Below are positions 40,476 to 53,014 of a stretch of DNA of 64,000 bases, piece after piece (position 1 is the stretch's first letter; each line of letters starts with the position of its first letter). The translations under genes and the position numbers were made by a program. Source of the DNA: Mobula hypostoma. Taxonomy: Eukaryota. Location: NCBI RefSeq assembly GCF_963921235.1, contig NC_086109.1:35962001-36026000 (forward strand), in the 5' to 3' direction. The notes under the pieces were generated by a model. That model was given only the letters and a program-made list of their open reading frames with translations, searched no databases and was not told where the DNA came from.

Positions 40476-42056
40476 TATGTATGGAAGAGGTGGGTGAATA
40501 AGTCATTTTAAATTGTCCCTAATTGAGCCAGCATAAAGTCAATAGGGCCTGCAACCTCCTTTTATGTCATAACAAAATATTAGAAGTTAGGCATCATCCC
40601 TTGCTGACATAGGAACATTAGGCTCCAGTATTAATCAGGGAAAGTGGTGTTGTGCAAAGTCTCCAGTTCAAACATTTAGTAACCCATTCGCCTTGCTTTG
40701 AGATGTGTAAACATAACTTCATTTGATGTGCTTGCCAGTAGTCTCATTCAAAGATTCTGAAAGATGTTGAAATGTCAGGTTAACTAAGTGATAATAGAGC
40801 CCTTTATGGTGAATTTACTTAAAACGGAGGAAAAATCTGACCACTGCATGTGAAAATTGCAAAAAAGCATTATTTTTTGTTCAAGAAAATGAACAAAATC
40901 CACATTACATCTCAGCTATCTTCAGAATTATAAAGGGAGCAACGAAAATCTGATAGGCTGCGTATTGAATGTGTGTGTCTGGTGGTTGTCGTTCAGTGAA
41001 GTATTGGGAAGAAGGTAGCAAGAAGATTAGTCTATCATATGTCAAGTTCTAAGGTTGGGCACAAATATAATTACTGCAAGGGATTCTTGGGAGTGTATTC
41101 TGGTCAGGGTCATTGCAGACCCTCAATGTACAGGCGAGGAGCAAGTGAGGTCAGAACCAGTCGTAAGTAGAATTCTTACATACAATCAATATTATTGAGG
41201 ACCCATTCATGGGAAGTAGAGCCAAGATTGGACTGCTGCATCTGTGTGAAATTGCCACACCATTTATAGACTTATGCAAGTGAATTTCAATATGAAATTT
41301 TTGCTGTTGTCACATTGCCTGTCTCAATACCTCTATTCACAATTTATATCGTACAATTGGGCTTATTAGTTGTTCCACATCAGGTTTATGATTAAATTCT
41401 TTCACAAAGCACAGAAAAATATTGTACTAAAGGAAAAATATTTAAGCTATTACATTCGCCACAACACAGTTCCTCTTGTCTGGAATGAAAAGGCAGGCTA
41501 AGACAGCAAAATTTGTCTATGTTTGATGTCTTATTAGACTTGGAAAAAATACAGATGTTTGCTTCCTAGTTTCCTAAAATCGAGAAAATATTTTTAATTA
41601 TACACTAGTTTAATAGGATGAAGCAGTGTGATTTTCAGGAAACGTGCTGACCTGAAGCACAATAATATTTAAAATATTTTGCAATTTATATTGTGCAGTA
41701 TCCTATTGACAACAGGAACACTAATATACTTGTCAAAGGTAAGTTAAATGATTTATTCCAGCCTTTCCAAACAGCAAATTTGAATACGGATCCTTTAAGA
41801 AAGATAAAATAATTAATTGCAGCAAATACCATGATTATCTAAATCTACATTTTTTAGAACTTACTGTTCCTATTCTTCTGAATTGCATGACTATTATCTG
41901 AGTTCAGTGATCACTTTCTTTATTAAATATTGTAAAGAAACTTGTATCATATTATTGTTTAAACTGAAATATGTTCCTTTCTACCATAGACATTTCGATA
42001 CCAATCTGTCATCAATAGATCTGAAAAAGTCATTTATTTCTATTCATCTCAGTCAT

Positions 42057-42309
42057 TAATTGGCTCAATGGCATCAGCACCAGACTCCGGAGCAAAGGCT
42101 CAAGAGTTTGAATCCAAGTCGGGCCATCCCCCCGAGCATGCTTACCATCTGTGCCGGGTTGAGCGTTGAACTAACCACTCAGCCTCGTTAAAAAAAAAGT
42201 CGAGTCAGGAACGTTCATATCGTGACCCGGTTAATCCGAAAGGAGACCAATCCTGACACCACGCACCAGACAAGAATGGCTGACTGTCTGGTGCGACACG
42301 CTAAAAAAA
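42057..42309 (+). mobile_element. tRNA-derived bipartite SINE
   Basis: A box tggctcaatgg (42061-42071), B box gtttgaatcc (42106-42115), internal A-run (42190-42198), a second CpG-rich module and an A tail. Confidence 0.6.
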
Positions 42310-42439
42310 TGTTATTAGTTCTAAAACAGGCCACTGTCTTGTTGATGAAAATGGTTGTTAGTTAGCTGATATCAGCTTGCCGCTGACAGCATATTCTAAT
42401 GTGAAGATTTCTAAAGAGAGATATGGAATCATTGATGAT

Positions 42440-42595
42440 CATAAGACCACAAGACATAGCTGCAGAATTAGATCATTGAGACTGCTCCACCATTTAATCA
42501 TGCCTGATTTATTTATCCGCTCAACCCCATTCTCCTGCCTTCTCCCTGTAACCTTTTACACCTTTACTAGTCAAGAAGCTATCAACTTCTGCTTT
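42440..42595 (-). mobile_element. CR1 3' tail fragment
   Basis: cataagaccacaagacatag...ctcaaccccattctcctgccttctccctgtaacc. Confidence 0.6.
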
Positions 42596-45254
42596 ATTAT
42601 GGGAAGAAACAGTAAAATGTTCTCATTGTTCACATTGACCAGTTAGTTTGCAATGATTGACATAACATGTCTCTTTGATAGAAACTCAAGATACTCAGCA
42701 ATTCAGCTTCCAAATATTTCAGAAATATCAATAATCTGATAATTATTCTTAGGACAACAATAACGCAAGATACAAATACTGGAACTGCTGAAAATGATTT
42801 TGAAAAGATTCAGTCCCCTTTGCACAAGTATGCGTGACATTTTGGCTAATGTACCCATTATCTGAGATTATGAATGGAATAGTTTTATTATTTAGTTGAA
42901 GACTTTGATTTAAAATCAACATCCTTGACAAGTGAGCAACCAGTGTCAAATAAGTATGAGGAGACTTCTTTTCACAACATTCAGGAACATGACCATTGCT
43001 AAACAAGGCACAGACCTCTACAGCAGGCCTATCATTAACCTTCAGCTGGCAGTTGTGGGGAATCCACGCTGGAGAAATGGACAGAGAGAACTAGGAAATG
43101 CTTTGTTTTATTTCAGACACTTTCCATCTAAATGCAGTACAACAACGAGAGATGAGTGTCCTTTTTTAAACTCAGTTTGATGAGGCTCATGAATTTGAAA
43201 CTGAATATGGACAGAGATAAAAAATAAGTAGACCTGGCCAATATCTAGATGACATATCTGACAGTTGATCCTACTGAAATCCATCAAGGAAAATGTCAAT
43301 CTAAGCATATAATAGAAGACTCATGCTATCCCAAATGAGTTGCATTTCCCCCATTCATTCTTTTCCAGCAGTTTCTTTGCCAATTTGAAATTCTGACTCC
43401 TACATAAGCTTTTACTAAATTGTAACATAATGTTAAAATGCATTTCTGTGTTTAAACTGAATGAAATTAGATACAGTTAAACTGGTGTATTTTTATATGG
43501 ATTTAATATTTTCATCTCAATAATAGCAGCTCTCAATAATTGGAAAGTATTTTGCAAAAGAAATAGCTGTGATAATATCAGTAGTGTACTGTTCCAGGAA
43601 CAAATAGGATATAGTTAGGATAGGATATACATATCCTATGCCCAGACTTGAGCTCAGTTTGGCATTGCTAGGTGCCTTTAAGCGTAGCTGTGATACCATT
43701 TATACAGTGATAAAATAGTGAACAAATCCCTACCTCTATCTTTGCAGGCTCTATCTTTATAGTATTCATGATGTAGCTATGAGTAAGAGTGCAGGACCCA
43801 GATCAACAGAGAACTAGGAGCTATTTACTATATATCTCCTCCTTCACATGCCAACCATCGTCCTTGGAAAGAACAACACATGGAATGAATAAATTTGGAG
43901 AAAAAACACAAGTTATATTAGTTAAAACAAGAGATACAAACTTTACTTCATGTTAAATCAGAATTCACCTGACAGTTTCAGCCTTGGAATAAACTAGCAG
44001 AGAGTTATAATGGTAGAAACAGTTAACAATTGCAGCACAGAAATATGCGAAAAGCACTTCAGTATTTTAGGAAAGCCACAGCAGCCAAACCAAACTTTCA
44101 TTATTTTCAGGCATCCTGGCCACCAATTTGCATTGCAATGTTTCTGAAAAAATATATTCTAGATAATAGCTGTTTGATTTCCATTTCTATTTCCAAAAAA
44201 AAGTCTTCAATGTTGTTTGACTGTCACATGCTTGGAACTGATCATCATGTTATGGCCTCCCCATTCATCTTGAGAGTGACTTCTCCTGTGTGTCTGAACA
44301 ATTTTATATAATTACTTTCTTTTGTTCCTTCTGTATATTACTTCTAGTATGTTTGTTGTTCCGTACACAATCATTTCTATTCTACCCCAATAGATAACTC
44401 AGTATAAAGGCACTGTATTGAATGCCACTGAGCAAATTTTCTTTTTCTCACTCTCCATTCTGCCGTGTATTTTTATGCATCAATGATGCTCCCTCTTGCT
44501 TTGTCATAAAAGATATTCAAGTAATGAAAAGACACAGTATTTCTGAGGAATAAAATTTGTCCTTTTCTGCATGTTTTAAATCATTCAATATAATCTAGCA
44601 GCACATTTTGCATTGCTTTCAAATTTTATTTCCAGTAAGTCAGAGATTAAATTGCTAAAAGCTTAACCAATTTTAGAAATTCCAGGAAAATGAAATTTAA
44701 CTAATTGACATAATTTTCTCAGAATTTAAAAAGAGGATTGTGCTACCTTGAGGTGCAATTTGAGTTTAGTACACAGCTAAAGGAATTTGATGTGTTGAGC
44801 TCATTCTTTGTCTGTTGATGCTTGGTTCCACTGACTTCAATGGATACAATATCACGTGTGTTATACAATGTGTTTGTAAGCTTTGTTATTGAAACACAGT
44901 TGATTGTCCTTGTCCAGAAGCAAAAGTGTGCTGTTAGGCATCAGATGAGGGCAACCAGTAAGACTGAGGAGTGTTTTGTAGTGGCTATCAGATTCAGAAT
45001 CAGTTTTAATATCACCGATATATATTGTGAAATTTGTTGTTTGGCTTTGTCAGTGGCTTGCAGTTATAATGTGGAATTCGAAAATATATTTTGCTGACTT
45101 CAGCTTGTGGAAACTAAATGAAAAAAATGTTGTACATTCTGCAATTACAAAAAAGAAAACTAAACATTTTATTCTTTTATGATACCCAAAATTATAAATT
45201 TCCCAAGAATCTCCTATAATAACAAACATCCCATAAGTAAAAGAAATTTGAGGA

Positions 45255-45605
45255 TTATAGGTAAAGTAAATGCAAGCAAGATTTTTCCAATGAGGTTGGG
45301 TGGGACTACAACTAGAGGTTATGGGTTACGGGTAAGAGGTGAAAAGTTTTAAGGGCAACCTGAGAGGAAACATCTTCACCCAGAAGGTAGTGAGAACATG
45401 GAATGAGCTGCCAGTGCAAGTAGTGCATGCGAGCTTGATTTCAATGTTTAAGAGAAATTTGGAAAGGTACATGCATTATAGGAGTATGGAGGACTACAAT
45501 CCCATTGCAGGTCGATGGGAGTAGGCAGTTTAAATGGTTCAGCATGGACCAGATGGGCCAGAAGTCCTGTTTCTGTGCTATACTTTACTATGACACTATG
45601 ACTCT
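45255..45605 (+). mobile_element. CR1 3' fragment
   Basis: RGNIFTQKVVRTWNELP; tail cctgtttctgtgctatactttactatgacactatgactct. Confidence 0.7.
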
Positions 45606-46109
45606 AAAAGCTATCTGCTCCGTATGGTTTTGAAATGAGGTACCCTATTTTCCACACAGCCGGTTGAAGCTGTGTGCAATCATGGCCATGAATACTTTGG
45701 TGAAAGAAATAACCAGCGCTATCCTCGGACAGAAACCTGTGCACTTAAAGGTCCTGCACATTGTGGTGGCCAGAAGAAATGCTATAGAGGGTGTTGTGCT
45801 TGCACACTCATGATAGGATTCGAATACCTCCAATGTCAGCCTGCTTCCCAGGGTTCACTTGATATTGGGCCAAACCACAGATCCAATCACCACGCCGAGT
45901 TTGGGACAAGGGCCCAGAGAATATACTGGACCAGGCATTAATGACAGCAGGGAACATACTGTGTCTGGGGCCTGGGACACAGGGTCAGATATGGTCCCGA
46001 GCCAAGGAGCAGATATCCAGAGGCAAGACCAGGTCCGGCCTTTTCAGCTAAAGGGCTTAATTGAGTAATAAACAATCCAAAACTCAGAAACAAGAATGTG
46101 CCTGGGGAA

Positions 46110-46367
46110 TGGCCTCAGAATAAAGGGAGATCACATTGAAAGAAGAAAGTTCTTCAGCCAGAGGATAGTGAATCGGTGGAATATGTTGCCACAGATGGCT
46201 ATGGAAGCCAAGCCATTGGGAGTATTTAAGACAGAGATTGATAGTGTCATGATTAAAAAAAGAGGTTAATGGTTATGGAGGAAAGATAGGAAGATGGGCC
46301 AAGATTAAATAGCAGACCAGATTTGATGGACTGAATGGCTTGATTCTGTTCCTATATCTTATGGTCT
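46110..46367 (+). mobile_element. CR1 3' fragment
   Basis: ttcttcagccagaggatagtgaatcggtggaat...tctgttcctatatcttatggtctt. Confidence 0.65.
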
Positions 46368-46695
46368 TCAAGAACAGAGACCAGAAACAAACAGGACACT
46401 GTCAGGTGAGATTCTGGGACCAGGAACTTGAAACATGAAACCCAAGGAACATGCCAGATATGGGTCCAGCTTAATTAAAAATATATATACCTGTAATGTT
46501 TTTTTTCAGTGAGGAATGGAGTGCTTTTGTAAAATGGGGTGAGTGAATGTTCATTCCTTCATTTAATTAATTTTACTTTTTTAATAATATCTGTGGTTAT
46601 AGAAGACTATTTATTCTGAACCTCCAATTCTCTTTTCTATAATGGGACTTGTTGACCCATTCATAATGTACTTGACATTGGTAGATTATGATATT

Positions 46696-46950
46696 TGTTT
46701 GTTTGTTTGTTTAGATATCCAGCACATTAACAGGCCATTCTGGCCCAACAAGTCTGCACTGTCCCAGCATTAATATGACAAATTAACCTACTAACCCATA
46801 CATCTTTGGAAAGTGTAAGGAAACCGGAACAGCAAGAGGAAACCAATACAGTCACAAGGAGTATACAAATTCCTTACAGGAAACAGTGGGAATTGAACCA
46901 GGATCACTGGCACAGTAATAGCATTACACTAACCACTACACTGCCATGCT
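46696..46950 (-). mobile_element. V-SINE with a (gttt)n tail
   Basis: ggaaaccggaacagcaagaggaaacc...gggaattgaacc...ctaaccactacactgcc. Confidence 0.7.
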
Positions 46951-46973
46951 AACCCTCATGTTGGCAAACCTAC

Positions 46974-47205
46974 TGTGGTAAACCATGTATATAGGTTGTA
47001 ACTGGGTTACCTGCCTGGACACGCCCCTCTGCTGACTGCTCCTGTGGCTTCTCCCACAGACCCCTGAATAAAGGCGATTGTGTCACTGCTCCTCCCTCAG
47101 TCCAGGATAGACATACAGCATGGACGTGGATCCATTTTACTGTTAATAAAAGCCTTTCAGTATTTACTCTACTTCTAGTCTTTCAGAGTAATTGATAGTG
47201 CATCA
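46974..47205 (+). mobile_element. Solo LTR (232 bp)
   Basis: TG...CA termini, aataaa signals, and a 5-bp TSD cctac (46969-46973 and 47206-47210). Paralog at 62650. Confidence 0.9.
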
Positions 47206-50200
47206 CCTACATGGACTCAATTTCAATTTTCTTTAATTTTGGATATTATTGGCACAACATTATTTCAATTTCTTCAATTTCTAGTAATTATTTTATATCA
47301 TATATAATTTTGTTTAAAGCAGAAAGCAGCAGATGTGGAATTGAGGTGATTTAAATATTAATGTGCTGGCCAAAGTGAAACTGAAAAGCCTTCTGACATT
47401 TTTCTTGCACTTTGCAGTAGATTTGAGATAATTAGAGAGAGCCAAGGGATCAGTAATGAAAAGTGGTCAAGTCATCAGGAAAGCATTCACAGCTAACCAC
47501 ATAGATGGCCTCCTTTGTTTCTAGTTGATGTTTGAGGAATACAGATTGCAGGTTCAGAGGATTAGGACAAGTACTTGTCCAAATGGGAAACAGATATGAT
47601 AAATCCAGATTTCCAGTTTCCATTTGGGGCTAATTACCGACGTACAGTCAATTTTGTAGGAAATATTCTTCAAGTCCTGTCCATATAGCTGGCTTAATGC
47701 TGTCCAAATCGTAAATAGGCTTTGCATTATTCAAAGAAAATATTGTTTTGCTCTCATTAGTGGCTAATACCAAAATTAAGCTAATATAGTTTTTCACGTT
47801 AACACAAATTATTAACATTGAACCTTGAACTGTGTAGCTTGCACGCTGTTTTTGTTTACACATCATTCTTTACATCTTCACAGAACGTTTCTTCTACCTT
47901 TCTGCACTGAACTTTTGAAGAAACAGATTTTGCATGTGGTTTTACTTCTATTTTAGCGAATCCATTGAATTGCTATGGATAATTAAATAGGTTTATTATC
48001 TACTTGGTCTGTTTACAAGTACTACATAATGTACTAAGTGATGGAAAATTTAAACATAAGCTCATCTACATTAAAAAATTGAGTAGTAGTGGTATTAAGT
48101 AGAATTTTAATTAAATGCTTTATTACTCCTTGGGGATGTTGCCTTGTGGGGCTTCACTTACAGCTTCCAAACCTAAAGTGAAAATTTTAAAGAGAAGCTC
48201 AGATTCTCACAAACATCATAAAAATAGTATTAGAATTTTGTTGGTTTTACTTGCTGTTGGAAAACTATATATTCAGATAATTTAAATTCAGTTTTACTGG
48301 GATATTAGTAGAAAATTTGGAATTCTGAAATTTTTTTGAGACTTTCTTGCAATTTATCTGAAGGAATTATTTTGATAATAAGCACATTAAGGGTCTTCTT
48401 TTTTTCTCCCTGCCACAATGTCTCAGAGACCTGGTTCTTTTTGAAGTATTAACCTCAATTGCACTGTACTTGCGTTTATGAGATTATGGCAATGCATTCA
48501 TTCCAGAACAGTGAAAATTTTTCTATCATTGCATTGAAGTAAGTGGAGTCTTCAGTACGGAAGCAGATTACATTGTTGTTAATGTTTCACACAAATTTTC
48601 TCTTACCCCCTTTAGTCCATTGAAGGGAAGATATTAGTTGGGCGTTCATAATGTGTTATTTTGTTTGCATATGTTGACTTTGCACGTTTCCATGAACTTC
48701 AACTTCCTACCTCAATGCTAGAAACTGTAACAATGAACTGAAGCCCAGTGAAGGAGCAAACACATTTTTGATGACGTCTCATTTGGTTGTGATTTGACGC
48801 TTTTTGAATTGTGATTGGTGGGATCTATGTGATAGTCAAACAATATCTGTCACCTTCTGTCAATTATATGCAAAATACGGTTGAAGGTAGCTCATGCATT
48901 GTTATTACATACTATTCTTTACCTCAATGATTTGGAGCTGCTTAAGTAAATGAAATTGTTTGGAGCACTGCACTAGCAAGATACTGCTTCAGTAATGTAC
49001 CAATCATTCATGAGGTAGATTGATGGATGATGACTGCCAAATGTTGCTGCCTGCCCAGGGACTGGAAGAACAAATCTTTCTATCCCCTATTCACTGCCCT
49101 CTTCTAGATCCTCATCTCTGCATTCTGGTCTTCTCCCTGCTTCTCACCTTGCACTCTACATCTCATTTCTCTTTTCAATCTTTGTGCACTCTAACCCTAC
49201 TCTCCATTTTAAACCACTTAATTCTTATCTTTATACCCTTTCTGACCTTTCTCTCCACACCCATTCCTCTTCCATTTTACTACTTCCATTGACCCCCATT
49301 TGGTCTTTGTTCTTCTGTTTCCTATCCTCTCAAAGACAAAAACCTTTTCCCTATTGACAGATATTGGTATTCCTTTGCATTAGTTTGCAACTAAAACTAC
49401 AATTAAATCAAGATTGCATTTATAATTGTGTAAATAATCATTCAAAAACCCAAATTATAATTTTAAACACGACCGTGACCAAGGGCTTGCAGGAACCAAA
49501 GGGGAGACATCTAGGGTACCTTGATCATGCACAAAGAGATTTTGTAGTGGTGTGACCAGAAGTGTGCCTCTCAGGGTGAAGAGATTGTTCCTGCATAACA
49601 GCCTGATACCCTGCAGGAAGGACAGTGGCCTAAATTATAAATTAAATATATTAATAAAGTGATATTTAATTTTTAGTACTGTAAAAAAATAATGATCAAA
49701 GGTCCTCTTCCACTGAAACATCAAGAAATAGTGAACATACTTATATTGTGCATGTTCTAACGTACATTAGAAAATTTGGCACCTTTATCTGTGAGCAATT
49801 TTACTATCTTAATACAGTTGTTGTAGGTCTATATTTTTAAAGATTCACTATTTGGCTATAGATAAGGAGGATTTAGGAAGTCTTTTCCAGCAACAAGAGA
49901 GCCTTAAGAAAGTAGATTTATTTTGTTTCTTGCTGAAGTGTTCATTAGAATGTAAAACCGCACGTATACACTTGTGCTATTAACACCCAAGATTCACGTA
50001 AAATAATGAAATCATCCTAGAAAAAAAGAGCCCATGGTGCATGTGTTTATTAATGTGAAAATCAACCAGGAGTTCAGAACTGTTCAATTTGATAGTCAAT
50101 TTTATTGTATTTGATTAACTCACAAAGAACTTCCTTCAATTTTATTTGAGAATTATAGGAGAAATTTTCAAACACAGAAAACATTTTAATTTGAAAGTTC

Positions 50201-50289
50201 ATAGCATAGCAAATATTAACATTGATGTTACTCATGTCTGTATTTATCAGAAAGCACCTTTGAAATGTTTTTTCTGCACATTCATTATA

Positions 50290-50765
50290 CGAGGGGTGAT
50301 TGATAAGTTTGTGGCCTAATGTAGAAGGAGTCAATTTTAGAAAACCTAGCACATCTATTTTTCAACATAGTCCCCTCCTACATTTACACACTTAGTCCAG
50401 CGATCGTGGAGCATACGGATCCCTTCTTTGTAGAAGTCAGCGTCTTGGACCTCCAGAAGTGGTCCATAGCAGGGGTGATTGATAAGTTTGTGGTCTAAGG
50501 TAGAAGGAGAAGAGTTATACAGCTCTCATTACATACAGATGCAGTAATACTCTTTGAGTGATTATGCGTAAAGTTTGAAGTTAATAACTCATCTCTTTCT
50601 GGAGGTCCAAGACGCCAACTTCTACAAAGAGGGGATCCGTATGCTCCATGACCGCTGGACTAAGTGTGTAAATGTAAGAGGGGACTATGTTGAAAAATAA
50701 ATGTGCTAGGCTTTCTAAAATTGACTCCTTCTACCTTAGGCCATGAACTTATCAATCACCACTCG
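50290..50765. mobile_element. Mariner-derived fold-back non-autonomous element (MITE-like)
   Basis: TA flanks and inverted arms of about 170 bp starting cgaggggtgattgataagtt. 50596-50700 encodes the mariner transposase C-terminus FLEVQDANFYKEGIRMLHDRWTKCVNVRGDYVEK*. Confidence 0.9.
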
Positions 50766-50939
50766 TATTTGAAGAAAAGAATCCACAAAATTTTCCCTCT
50801 AGTATTATAGGAAATGGTGTGCCTACATGACTTAACCATTTAACTGACAAAATAAGTAATAATCATGAGAAATATCAGATAATAAAGGAGTATGGGACCT
50901 TGTCAAGACATGCAGACAGCCAAAGATTTCTGGATGTGC

Positions 50940-51070
50940 TTAGTTCTGATGAAGGGTCTTGGGCCAGCTGCTTATCTCTCTCCATAGTGTTGCATGATCT
51001 GCTGAGTTCCTCCAACATTTTGTGTGGATTACTCTGAATTTCCAGCATCTGCAGAATCTCTTGTGTTTAT
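50940..51070 (+). mobile_element. PLE terminal relic with a partly deleted hammerhead motif
   Basis: agttctgatgaagggtcttgggcc...ctgctgagttcctccaacattttgtgtg...tttccagcatctgcagaatctcttgtg. Confidence 0.65.
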
Positions 51071-51324
51071 ACTTAGTCCATATCTTTTCATACCAAAGTT
51101 CTAATCTCATTCACTTTTAAAGTTATTTATAGAATAAATGTCCACTACCTTTTTAAAGACTATTCAGAATCTGACATATTTGTGTGAATACATTTCTCCC
51201 CCTCTCTCCTCCAAATATTTTGAAAACAATTTTTTATTGATGCCCTTTAGTTATTGACCTATTCACTGATGAGAATCACTTTTCTGCACTGACTCAACCA
51301 AAACCTCCCATCCCATTGAAGGCA

Positions 51325-51522
51325 ATACACACAAATCACTGGAGGGACTCAGCAGGCCAGGCAGCATCTATGGATAAAAGTAAAGTCGACATTTCGGGCC
51401 GAAACCTTTCAGCAAGACTGGAGATAAAAAAATGAGGAGTAGATTTAAAAGGTGGGGGAGGGGAGAGAGAAACACAGGTGTGTCGCTTGGATTTCCAGCA
51501 TCTACAGATTTTCTCTTGTTTG
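51325..51522. mobile_element. Inverted PLE-terminus unit
   Basis: A reverse terminus with a hammerhead-like motif (51384-51420) is followed by the forward tail tgtgtcgcttggatttccagcatctacagattttctc. Confidence 0.6.
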
Positions 51523-53014
51523 TAATTCCATTACATTGAAATTTCCTTTTGTGTAACCTCTTGATTATCAAAGGCAATCACTAATATCTATTCCTGCCTT
51601 TCCTCATAAGTTGATTTCTGTGAATATCCTGGTAAATCAATGTCCATTTAGGTTCTTTATATTTCTTTCATAAATGTGGCATCTGGTTATTTTTTCCACA
51701 AAGCATTAGCCAGCTCCTATTTGGTGCATAATATAATTCCAGCATATCATCATTGCTTGTAGATTCCACTAACCTGCTAATATGCTACATTTATGGATCT
51801 GATCATGTTGCATAAATACAATTCAAATATACTGTGCAAAAGACATATACAGTTTTTTCATACAAGTCTCCTAACTTTCATTACTTTACAATGTCGTCAT
51901 CATTATGTATGTATCAAACTTGAAGCCTTTAACTGTTTTCAGCTATAATATCTCACAATTTATATCTTCTGCAAATATTATGTTGTTATTCTGTAGATCT
52001 GAATCTAGATAAATATAAAAATTACAATTAGTAACTAATGAAAACTAACCCACTACAAGCAAGCTGCCAACCTAACATGTACCCATGTATCAAGATTCCT
52101 TACTTACTGTCACCGTGTGAATCTTATGTTAGCCTATTATCTCATAATTCCATGAGGATCCATCTTGAAATAAGCTTCTAATGTAGCTCCATGCAATGTC
52201 TGTTAAGAAAAAAAATTATATATATCATCTACTACATTACCTGGATTGACCTTCTCCATCAGTACATCAATATATTTGTTAGTTGTAAATGCTTGTTTTT
52301 AAAGCAAGGAACGCTATTCCTGATCAAGGTAAAGTGTTTGGGTTGATGTTTTAAAATAAACATGGTAACATTTACAGATTTCATCAAGGTTTCATCCATT
52401 GTTTGGGCAATACAGAATTTAAATTAGTTTTTGTGTGGCAATCAATACATACTATACCTGCACACTTGCAACTCAGGTCACATTAGCTGCCAAATTAGTA
52501 GTTATTAGTCAGTGCTTTGTTATCACCCACCAGAAGTGTCAGGTTAACAAGTTATGACATGAGTCAACATGCAACGAATTTGACACCAGTAGTATTAAAT
52601 GGAAGCCAAACACTTCAGCCTAATGCCATACAGTGACCTTGCACAGATGAACGCGCATGCAGTAATGGGAAAGACCACTCTTATTTACAGGGAACATGAT
52701 GAATTCTATGCTGTTGAATGAGGGGAGATAAAGCAGGCAGAGCCTGTACATAGTGCAGAGAGCTCTGGCAGGAGACTGAAACCAAAGTAATTAGAAGGCA
52801 GAAATGGATGGAAGGACTGCAGTTTAATCACATGCTGTATTCCTTGTGCTTTCTTTAATTAGTTCTCATTAACTTAACTAAACCAATAGATATGAACATG
52901 CAAGGCCAGGAATAGCCCTTGTATCCCATTGCAGATTATGAAAAATATGACTTTCATAATCACTATTTAATACCAATTTTGATATTTTCTAAATATCCTT
53001 GCTGCATGACGTTG

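Noticed and set aside
42749..43308. Cluster of short ORFs on both strands
   Set aside because: The peptides are unrecognisable and their lengths are within chance expectation.
11180..46950. tRNA genes at the A/B-box-containing sites
   Set aside because: There is no complete cloverleaf; these are SINE heads.
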